Source: a virus. From it: a stretch of 50,766 bases of DNA. The stretch lies in the IMG/VR virus record IMGVR_UViG_3300032001_000008; one strand, written 5' to 3'. A program made the translations under genes and the position numbers. Below are positions 42,801 through 49,681 of the stretch, piece after piece. How positions within the stretch are numbered: the first letter of the stretch is position 1; the number at the start of each line of letters is the position of its first letter. The notes beneath the pieces are model-generated. The model saw nothing but the letters and a program-made list of their open reading frames with translations, ran no database searches and was not told the DNA's origin.

Positions 42801-44131
42801 TTTCGAATGCGCTGATAGATGCAATGGCGGATGCGAGGCAGATGAAACCGCTCGGGGTCGCCGGCGACCTCACCCGCGCCACCTGGCACCTGCCCTGGGC
42901 GACGCTCAGCGCTATGAGCTATCCAATCTTCGAACAGTGGATACCCGCGCTGAAGGCCGCCTCCGCCCTGCGGGATGCGGAGAGTCTGCTGAAGCGCAAC
43001 CCCGAGCTGGCGGAGAATGAGGCCGCTAGACTGGTGCAGATGCGCCGGCTGGGCAAATCGGTGGAGAACCGCTATGGCGAGATGGCCTATAACAAGCTAT
43101 TCTGGCAGCGCTGGATTAAAGATATCGCCGTCCTCAACACTCTCTCCCTGGGATGGCAGATGGGCTTCCTCCGGGAGTATGGAGGGGGAGCGATGCAGCT
43201 GGGGCAGTTCATTCGGAACAGCGATCGGCTGGGGATGGTACGGAAGGGTGATCTGGATAAGGTGCTTTTCGTAAGCTCGTATACGAGTCTGGGTGCCGGC
43301 ATGGCAGGCCTCATGACCTGGGCCATGACGGGGGAGATGCCCCACGGAATGGACTACATCAATCCCAGAACGGGAGAGACGAATCCGGACGGCACTCCTC
43401 AGCGTGTCACCACCATGTTCTACTCTCGAGAGTTCGCCGCCCTGTACAAGCATGTTCAGAACGAGGGACTGGTCCCCGGCGTCTCGAAGATGGTTCTCAA
43501 CAAAGGCTCCGGAGTGATGGGACTGATGGGAGAGTGGGCCACCGGCATGAATAGCTTCGGGGAGCATGTTCGAGATAAGAATGCTGATCTCGTCACTCAG
43601 GTTGAACAGCAACTGGCCTATTCGTTGAGCGAGCTAGAGCCCATCTCCATGCGTGCAACGCAGGAGAACCTTACCGGCAAGAAGGAGAAGGCCGCCGCCC
43701 TCAACACCCTCGGCTTTACTCCCCAGCCCAAGTATATGAGTGAATCGAAAACCGAAGCAGCGATCAACGAATCCTACCGCAGCCTGGTAGCTCCTAAAGA
43801 GACCTCCTTTGAAAAAGCTGAATACTCCAAGGAGTACTCCAGGCTGCGGCAGCTCTACCAGGCGGGGGATGATAAGTATGTGGAGCTGCTGGATCAGATG
43901 AGCGAGAAGTTTGACCTGACCTCGAAGGATCAGGTGAGGATGATTAAGTCGCTCAACTCGACCCTGCCACCCTCGGTGAGGAAGTTCATCAGCCTGGGAA
44001 GGGAGCCGGAGGAGCAGCGAGCCCTGCTGGATAGAATGAGTCCCGAAGAGAGAGATCTGTATCTGCCGCACGCCGCGAAGAAGGTCCAGCGTTCCTATAT
44101 TCCGCCAGAAGAAAGAGAGCCACAAAAATGA
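39884..44131 (+). CDS. Large internal/ejected polyvalent-like protein with HExxH zincin motif
   Basis: 1415 aa. LHETVHSV at 40970..40993 with a downstream EFIAE. N-terminal duplicated ISMxxMQxAL..PP segment. Confidence 0.85.
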   Translation: MPISMENMQEALGTPPPPEGKPPAPAAKPAAKRGISMADMQAALPKPPEQKGLLEKVEEVGSSLAKRLAPVGDLAKQAARMTLEREVGRIGAIAESPLLKGETQPTVDAARAAFKQAVEDYNEKFTDPEAEADLLHGPKTALALLNIAVAPIVEGGRAALVRPLQQNLERAADLVAQAATPDEAKKKGIDWAIHKRDVKQALDSTNKALDFAYDLGTMFVPLGPGGEAAARVSREAAAVRGAQRDMKAAVHGGPEPKPVDPRPVSMAVDKTLGFKNAQQFGEDLSKVKPGEVSTVGQLMDTLAPKTEGYAKSFMDTLAKHVDRNTSVVFKGEKDMKNASGSFSIEENKVSMRAGLSDMVSTFLHETVHSVTVGMLNKLIGNELDAAKARLGRPLLDTEVLDTIKNPQGPVLRELDQIIAEANVRAQKAGRENDFYALRAYGKTAKSYQAGRISPTVGERAFHRMGFRYEFIAEVFTNPQFQEFLANSEKYASKTYKFKNMLNQLGLMIGKHLGLAKPQELQLLNQSMRVGSQLMALHSAEKPPPHWIGATIVAKDAEGVVTSRELEATRLIKPGEVKRAKTDLQISIQQLIRAVNPEALSGEAKLGGAVIASRLTEYEQKLAQAAYGSRKRLRFWRARPDKVAEFLETHETGGSFKERFMQAISDRYESWVKDLAKRDKAQGFDYEPRDHYIYHAFEDQEGVAAHFTKKYGSKWLDPDFTKERTFDLYKEAVDAGFVPKYDNPEEIMLVRDQATAAAEMRMGILNDLASHGLATRKIAAKEEFIPVTDAEGKVHWEVKRTEGTTQPPGTTQVRAPTGDMFWVNNDVHQVLSNALFSKSLWEMKGLTGRGFRGAMALKNAMVPVRLALSLFHPLHVAGIDMATGMTRASAEMLSGEIDPVRWAGKMLASGFNPIMETINIPLGRGGWRVVKAFTGKIPKEALSDADAQALKTLMEMGITPEMSAIYRTNARKNFSNALIDAMADARQMKPLGVAGDLTRATWHLPWATLSAMSYPIFEQWIPALKAASALRDAESLLKRNPELAENEAARLVQMRRLGKSVENRYGEMAYNKLFWQRWIKDIAVLNTLSLGWQMGFLREYGGGAMQLGQFIRNSDRLGMVRKGDLDKVLFVSSYTSLGAGMAGLMTWAMTGEMPHGMDYINPRTGETNPDGTPQRVTTMFYSREFAALYKHVQNEGLVPGVSKMVLNKGSGVMGLMGEWATGMNSFGEHVRDKNADLVTQVEQQLAYSLSELEPISMRATQENLTGKKEKAAALNTLGFTPQPKYMSESKTEAAINESYRSLVAPKETSFEKAEYSKEYSRLRQLYQAGDDKYVELLDQMSEKFDLTSKDQVRMIKSLNSTLPPSVRKFISLGREPEEQRALLDRMSPEERDLYLPHAAKKVQRSYIPPEEREPQK

Positions 44132-45477
44132 AGGTACTGGTGCTGGATAATGCGGGGGAAGCCAGTGGCCTTGATCTTGCGGTTCGTGCTCTTGACGCGG
44201 ATCATGAAGTTCGCTATTGGCTTCCTCCTTTCAAAGGCCTGGGCGGCGTCCGTCCCTATGGCGACGGCATGGTGGATAAGGTACAGGAGTGGAAACGATC
44301 AATGGACTGGGCCGACCTTGTGGTGCTTACAGGAAATGCCGACTCTATGGATGAGCTGGGCGATTGGTTTGGGAAGGGCTATCCGATATTTGGCTGCAAC
44401 CCGAAGGCGGCCCAGCTTGAGTGCGACCGCGCCAAGGGGCAGGAGGTGCTGGAAGAGTGTGGAATAGAGACGATCCCCTACCAGGTTGTCTCCAGTGCGA
44501 AGGAAGCGCTGAAGGTGGTGAAGGACAGCGGCACAGCCTGGGTGATGAAGCCCTGGGGAGGGGAGTGCGACAAGGCTATGACCTACGTCTCTCGGGACGT
44601 GGATGATGCAATCTTCACCATCTCCCGCTGGGAGAAGGAGGGGAGGTTTAAGGGACAGCTGATGATGCAGCAGAAGGTGGAAGGAGTAGAAGTAGGGATC
44701 TCTGGGATGTTCGGTCCTGGAGGGTGGTGTGAGATGGTGGAGGAGAGCTTTGAATTCAAGAAGTTCCTCAACGACGACCTCGGTGAGAATACTGGGGAGA
44801 TGGGGACGGTTATCCGGCACGTTCCTCGCAGCAAGCTATTCGACATGGTGCTCGATCCCTTAACCGACTATCTCCATCAGGTCAACTATGTGGGCGACTG
44901 TAATATCAACTGCATTGTGGATAAGAAGGGGCGAACCTGGCCGCTGGAGTTCACCCTGCGGCTTGGATGGCCAGATTTCTGTATCCGCCAGGCGCTTATC
45001 GAGGAGCCGATTGAGTGGATGGCGGATCTCCTCGCAGGGAAGGATACGTTTAGGCCTTCCACTCAGATTGCGGTGGGAGTCTGCCTGGTACATGGGGACT
45101 TCCCAAGGGGAGGGGACGCGAGGGCCAAGGATGCGCTCGGGACTTGGGCAGGCTACCCCATCTACGGTGTTACGAGCAGGGTGGAGAGGAATCTGCATTG
45201 GCAGGAAGCGATGGAGGGGAAAGTATCTATGCTGGTTGGAGATCAGGTGGAAGAGGTTAAGCACGTTTGTACCGCCGGCAACTACCCTCTAGTGGTGACT
45301 GGGACAGGAGATACTGTTCAAGAGGCAGCCCAGGCAGCCTATGCGGTGGCCTGGGGACTGCATATACCTTCGAATCTGATGTTCCGCACGGATATAGGAG
45401 AGGCACTCGAGGCCGAACTGCCGATGCTGCAGAGGCATGGGTATTGCAGGGGAATGAAGTATGGGCGCGCCGCCTAG
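44128..45477 (+). CDS. PurD-fold (glycinamide ribonucleotide synthetase-like) ATP-grasp ligase
   Basis: 449 aa, collinear with E. coli PurD over its full length: MKVLVL.., PIFGCNPKAAQLECDRAKG, VMKPWGG, LGENTGEMGT, LEFTLRLGWPD, ..FRTDIG. ATGA overlap with the 1415-aa gene. Confidence 0.8.
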   Translation: MKVLVLDNAGEASGLDLAVRALDADHEVRYWLPPFKGLGGVRPYGDGMVDKVQEWKRSMDWADLVVLTGNADSMDELGDWFGKGYPIFGCNPKAAQLECDRAKGQEVLEECGIETIPYQVVSSAKEALKVVKDSGTAWVMKPWGGECDKAMTYVSRDVDDAIFTISRWEKEGRFKGQLMMQQKVEGVEVGISGMFGPGGWCEMVEESFEFKKFLNDDLGENTGEMGTVIRHVPRSKLFDMVLDPLTDYLHQVNYVGDCNINCIVDKKGRTWPLEFTLRLGWPDFCIRQALIEEPIEWMADLLAGKDTFRPSTQIAVGVCLVHGDFPRGGDARAKDALGTWAGYPIYGVTSRVERNLHWQEAMEGKVSMLVGDQVEEVKHVCTAGNYPLVVTGTGDTVQEAAQAAYAVAWGLHIPSNLMFRTDIGEALEAELPMLQRHGYCRGMKYGRAA

Positions 45478-45793
45478 TCCCGGGCCGGCAGACCGCTGGT
45501 CGCCTGGCGACTGGAATATCATCTGCTCTATATGTGGTACGAAGCTGAAGTTCAGTGAGGCGGTCAGGAATTGGCAAGGCCTCTGGAGACATCCTCGGTG
45601 TGATGAGGAGAGGCATCCGCAGGACTTCGTGCACAGCCTCCGGGCGCCGGAGATGGCTATTCCCTATCCGCAATATCCGGGGGAGACCTATGTTGAAATC
45701 TGTGATCTGAATGGGACGTCGGCGATTCCTGGCTATGCGATGCCGGGGTGCTCGATTCCGGGGAAGACACAACTTATGGAGACCCTGCCGTGA
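45461..45793 (+). CDS. Zn-ribbon protein of the receptor-binding module
   Basis: IICSICGTKLKFSEAVRNWQGLWRHPRCDEERHPQDFV. This C..CG...W.GL...C.E.RHPQDF pattern is one I recall next to phage fibre genes. Confidence 0.65.
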   Translation: MGAPPSPGPADRWSPGDWNIICSICGTKLKFSEAVRNWQGLWRHPRCDEERHPQDFVHSLRAPEMAIPYPQYPGETYVEICDLNGTSAIPGYAMPGCSIPGKTQLMETLP

Positions 45794-47571
45794 GCTATGT
45801 ACCGAAGAACTATGTGGATAAGGTGGGGCCAGCGATGCCGGCGGCGTGGCTGAATCAGCTGGATGCGCTGGCGAATAATGTGTTTGATAGCGTGACGACC
45901 AAGCCGGCGGCGCGAACGGCGCTTACCTCGGATGCGCCGCTGGAAATCTCCAATGGAGGAACAGATGCACGGAACGCAAGTACTGCACTCTCCAATCTAG
46001 GAGGGTTGCCGACTAGCACATTTAATTCGTTTCTCTCTACGCAATTCACTCAGGCTGGGATCACCTCCATAACCATGCCGCAGACGCCGGCGGAGTTGGC
46101 AGCAGGCATAACTCCTTCGAATTATGCCTATCCGCCGGGACACTTCAATCGCTACGGAGCGGTGGGCGATAATGTAGCGGATGATAGCGCGGCGATTCAG
46201 AAAGCCTTCAACTCAGGAGCCCTCGTTACAGGCATCTCCAACGCCACCTATTATTGTGGCACGACAACTATCACTATCGCCAATGCTAACGTCGCAGCCC
46301 TGCTCTATGGTGTCATCCTGAGGACTGCTGTTAATGGAACGAGCTTTCTGACTATCACTGGAACTGGTTGTGAGCTACGCGGAGTGGAGATATATGGCAG
46401 GGGCAACTCGAGCTATGTGGGAGGAGAGACACTCATCACTGCGAGTGGGACGGCTGTGGGGGCGAGGGTGAGTGATCTGTATCTGGTTGATTGTTACCTG
46501 CATGATGTCGGTTCCTACGGGCTCTACAGTGAGTGGGGACAGCGCTTCCATATCATCAACTGCAAGTTTCTGAATATCGGCTACGCCGCCATCCTGCTTG
46601 CCTCTGGTCTCGACTGTGAGATTATCGGAGGTATCATTGATACTGTAAGTCCAGGCACGAGCGGCAACACCTACGGAGTGAGCCTCACCAGGCGGACAGA
46701 TATATCGGACAACCTGGCGGTGGTACCCCGAACAAAGAACTGTAAAGTCGTAGGAATGACGGTGAAGAACAACACCATCTGGGATGCGCTCGGCACGCAT
46801 GCTGGAGAGGAACTCCTTTTTGAAGCGAACATAATTGAAAACTGTAAGTATGGCGTAGCGATGGGGCCGTCGAAGAACATCGCCGGGAACTATGTTTGGG
46901 CGCCGCAGAATTGCAAGTCGGTGGGGAATCAGATCACCGGCTCGGCGGGTGGAGGCGGCTATGGGGTGAGTGTTGTGGGGGCGGGTACAGTAACTGGAAC
47001 GCCGATCGAAGCGGCGGCAGGATGCTCGTCGATCGGAGATACAGTTATCCAGTGTGGCGTTCCCGGTGCAAGTACCTCTGGTGGATTCGTATTCTATTAC
47101 ACCAACGGGCTGCAGGTGATAGCGCCTACGGCGCTCGATTGCTATTCTAATGGAGTTGTCTTCTATCATGATAACTACGGGCTGACCCTGGCTGGTGGCA
47201 ACATTGTAGATCCGCATGATCCTACGAATGTCTGCGCCTGTGTGAGGTTCGACGCTGGGTATAACACAGGAGTAGTGAGTGGAGTCTCGGTTACTCTGGT
47301 GAACCCTGGCCTCGACACCCATGTTGCCGACAGAGGCCTTTATATGGTGGTGAATACTGCGAGCACCATTCAGGTTGGCCCGAACTACAATACCTGTACT
47401 ACGCCCTTCGCAGGACTGCCGGCGCTGACAACTGGCTGGGGGACGCCGGTCGGCAATGCTGTTATAGCCAGCTACAACATCACTGATGCCGGCGGCGCAA
47501 ACAGCAACACCAACAAGGCGGTAGCCTCTATCATCGTTGCGCTCAAGGGCTTGGGAATATTTGGAGCATGA
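45790..47571 (+). CDS. Tailspike / depolymerase with pectate-lyase-like beta-helix
   Basis: NRYGAVGDNVADDSAAIQKAFNSGA signature. N-terminal NGGTDARNASTALSNLGG fibre motif. GTG 45790 overlaps the upstream TGA; the alternative start is GTG 45748. Confidence 0.85.
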   Translation: MSYVPKNYVDKVGPAMPAAWLNQLDALANNVFDSVTTKPAARTALTSDAPLEISNGGTDARNASTALSNLGGLPTSTFNSFLSTQFTQAGITSITMPQTPAELAAGITPSNYAYPPGHFNRYGAVGDNVADDSAAIQKAFNSGALVTGISNATYYCGTTTITIANANVAALLYGVILRTAVNGTSFLTITGTGCELRGVEIYGRGNSSYVGGETLITASGTAVGARVSDLYLVDCYLHDVGSYGLYSEWGQRFHIINCKFLNIGYAAILLASGLDCEIIGGIIDTVSPGTSGNTYGVSLTRRTDISDNLAVVPRTKNCKVVGMTVKNNTIWDALGTHAGEELLFEANIIENCKYGVAMGPSKNIAGNYVWAPQNCKSVGNQITGSAGGGGYGVSVVGAGTVTGTPIEAAAGCSSIGDTVIQCGVPGASTSGGFVFYYTNGLQVIAPTALDCYSNGVVFYHDNYGLTLAGGNIVDPHDPTNVCACVRFDAGYNTGVVSGVSVTLVNPGLDTHVADRGLYMVVNTASTIQVGPNYNTCTTPFAGLPALTTGWGTPVGNAVIASYNITDAGGANSNTNKAVASIIVALKGLGIFGA

Positions 47572-47795
47572 AGAAATTCTATACAATAACATGCACTCTT
47601 TTGCTGATAAGTTGTTGCTCGATTATAGATTACAATAAGGCGGATGAGAATAGACCTAGCGTTCCGCACTGGTTTCATGGTCGGGAGGAGGTAGGTTATG
47701 GTTCACACGCTGCTTGTGTTTTTGATTCTGGTTGCGATAGTTGGTTTGATACTTTGGGGTGTCGGGCAGATTCCCGGTATCCCCCCTGTGGTTAA
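47568..47795 (+). CDS. Putative lipoprotein (lipobox LLIS-C) in an AT-rich islet
   Basis: MKKFYTITCTLLLISCCS... ATGA overlap with the tailspike stop. The last ~98 nt overlap the next gene, so the true C-terminus is uncertain. Confidence 0.45.
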   Translation: MKKFYTITCTLLLISCCSIIDYNKADENRPSVPHWFHGREEVGYGSHAACVFDSGCDSWFDTLGCRADSRYPPCG

Positions 47796-47880
47796 GACAA
47801 TAGCGTACGTGGTGGTGGGGGTTATTCTGTTGCTGTGGCTGCTGGATATGGTCGGCGGCACGTCGCTGGTTCTGAAGTAA
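47698..47880 (+). CDS. 60-aa two-TM membrane protein (holin-like)
   Basis: Strong SD GGAGGAGG. MVHTLLVFLILVAIVGLILWG..IAYVVVGVILLLWLL. Confidence 0.65.
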   Translation: MVHTLLVFLILVAIVGLILWGVGQIPGIPPVVKTIAYVVVGVILLLWLLDMVGGTSLVLK

Positions 47881-47881
47881 T

Positions 47882-48313
47882 ATGGCTAGATTCAAGATAC
47901 GATTCGAAGGTAAGTTGGATGTCACAGAGATGCTGGCGGACCCGTCAGCACCTAAACTCAAGGCTCTTTTTATATTGGAGGGTAAAGTGGCAAGCAATCT
48001 GGTAACAATCACGCCGCCGTCCACTCGGACGGACAACACTGCTCTGGCGCTCAGCGATATTCAGAGCATCACTCTCTCGAAGGCTGTCGATGCAGGGGCT
48101 AGTTCGGTGATCCAGACCTTCAACGCGCCCATCACTGGGCCGCTGACGTTCACCGACACCAGCCCGGATATGGGCTCTACTGACAATTACAGCGCGATCG
48201 TCACTGATACTCACGGCAACGTGAGCCCGGTGGGGACTGCTTCGGTGTCGGTTCCGCCCAGCCAGCTCGCTCCGCCTTCTGCTCCTAGCCTTACCGCGGT
48301 CTTTCAACCTTAA
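47882..48313 (+). CDS. Hypothetical Ig/FN3-like protein, last gene of the late arm
   Basis: 143-aa ORF with beta-rich T/S/P composition. Confidence 0.7.
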   Translation: MARFKIRFEGKLDVTEMLADPSAPKLKALFILEGKVASNLVTITPPSTRTDNTALALSDIQSITLSKAVDAGASSVIQTFNAPITGPLTFTDTSPDMGSTDNYSAIVTDTHGNVSPVGTASVSVPPSQLAPPSAPSLTAVFQP

Positions 48314-48451
48314 CATGGCGATGGAAGGGCCAGGGGCAGTGGGTACGCCGCGGGTTCTGTTGCTGGGACCGAGGAACTTCGGATATGACTTGGCTCTCAG
48401 CGGCGCCTGACGGCCGAATAATATGCCCACATTACGTCACGTATAATGCGA

Positions 48452-49666
48452 TCATGAAGTTCTAACAGCAACCAAATCAAAGCCATTCTCGCTAGCTACG
48501 ACTTGAATGTAGCCAGCGTTTCTCGCCCCCGCTACGACATCTTCAAAATTGCGAGCGGAAGGGAAGGCCGAGTGGATGAATTGATAGGCCGCGGAGTAGG
48601 GGACGCGGCCTCTCTTTTGGATGAATCGGATGAGGCGCTCGGCTTGGACGGAGGTTTGAGTGCGGCCGATCCGGGCGAAGACCTTCACCATGTCGCGCTC
48701 AAGATCGGAGACGGCCTCGTTCGCTTTCTCCAGATCTCCCTGGCTGATAACCATATCATCGTGAACTGAAGCAGCAATGCACATGGCGGTCTTATGGATG
48801 TGAGTCTGCTTGCGAGCGAGGTATCCGGAGAATCTGTCATCGTCCAGCTCGTCTGGCTTGTTCTGCCAGTGGGTGGCGTACCAGAGCTCTCCCCATTCAA
48901 CTGCTGATTGGTCGAGTGCATAGGGACCAACGAGCTGGGTGGCGATCCTCTCGAGGTCCTGGATGAGGGAGAGCTGGACCTCTGCCATCTCCTTCGGCAT
49001 GTGGCGAGAAGGATAGGCTATGTATTTCTCCTTCTGATCCGCATACACGAAGAGGCAGCGCGAAGTAAAGCCTCCACCAATGACGTACTCAGGAAAATTA
49101 CCAGCAATCCAAGCAGGAGTAGTGCAAGCAATAAGATTGATAAAGGGGTTCTCCACATTGTTCGTCCCAGATCCTTTCGTTACCTTCTGGAAAGAGCCGA
49201 TCTTGGAATCCCAAAGGCTCACCAGGAAGTCTATTTGTTCACGGTTAGAGGGGTCGATGAGGTTGCCGAACTCGGCAGATTCGATAGTCATCGCGGACTG
49301 GATGTAGTGGGTGTCTTCGATTTGAAAAGACTCGGTAGAGGCTTCGAACGAATCCACTAGGGCTTGCCAGGTGACGGCTTCGGGTCCAAAGTTAACACCA
49401 GGGACGCGCCGCAGGAGTGACATAGCAATATTAGCTGTGGTGGACTTGGAGACGACGCCGGGGGGAGCGACCAAGATAATATAAAAATTGGGGAACCATC
49501 TAAAGTATCCCATGTCAAGCCAGACATGGCGTCGAAGTGCGCCAGCGATAGCAGAGACTCCACTCCAGTAATGCATCCTTCGTGGCGCCTCAGAAAAGCC
49601 AGCATACTTGATGTACGCGGTGAGCCAGTCATCGAAGTTTCTCCTTCCGCTTCCATTTAGCATCAC
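48452..49666 (-). CDS. P-loop NTPase, DUF3987/D5-like replicative helicase candidate
   Basis: 404 aa. Walker A-like LVAPPGVVSKSTT. GGGGAGGG SD 15 nt after the polymerase stop. Function assigned from remembered family pattern and synteny. Confidence 0.6.
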   Translation of the reverse strand: MMLNGSGRRNFDDWLTAYIKYAGFSEAPRRMHYWSGVSAIAGALRRHVWLDMGYFRWFPNFYIILVAPPGVVSKSTTANIAMSLLRRVPGVNFGPEAVTWQALVDSFEASTESFQIEDTHYIQSAMTIESAEFGNLIDPSNREQIDFLVSLWDSKIGSFQKVTKGSGTNNVENPFINLIACTTPAWIAGNFPEYVIGGGFTSRCLFVYADQKEKYIAYPSRHMPKEMAEVQLSLIQDLERIATQLVGPYALDQSAVEWGELWYATHWQNKPDELDDDRFSGYLARKQTHIHKTAMCIAASVHDDMVISQGDLEKANEAVSDLERDMVKVFARIGRTQTSVQAERLIRFIQKRGRVPYSAAYQFIHSAFPSARNFEDVVAGARNAGYIQVVASENGFDLVAVRTS

Positions 49667-49681
49667 ACCCTCCCCTAGGGT

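Noticed and set aside
46375-47592. 405-aa minus-strand ORF inside the tailspike gene
   Set aside because: Antisense shadow. The plus frame carries the pectate-lyase-type signature and fibre N-terminal motif.
48314-48451. Bidirectional terminator in the convergent gap between the late arm and the helicase gene
   Set aside because: Only weak 4-5-bp pairings and no U/A tracts. A TATAAT occurs at about 48441 on the plus strand but lacks a -35 and points into the antisense of the helicase gene. Not reported as a feature.
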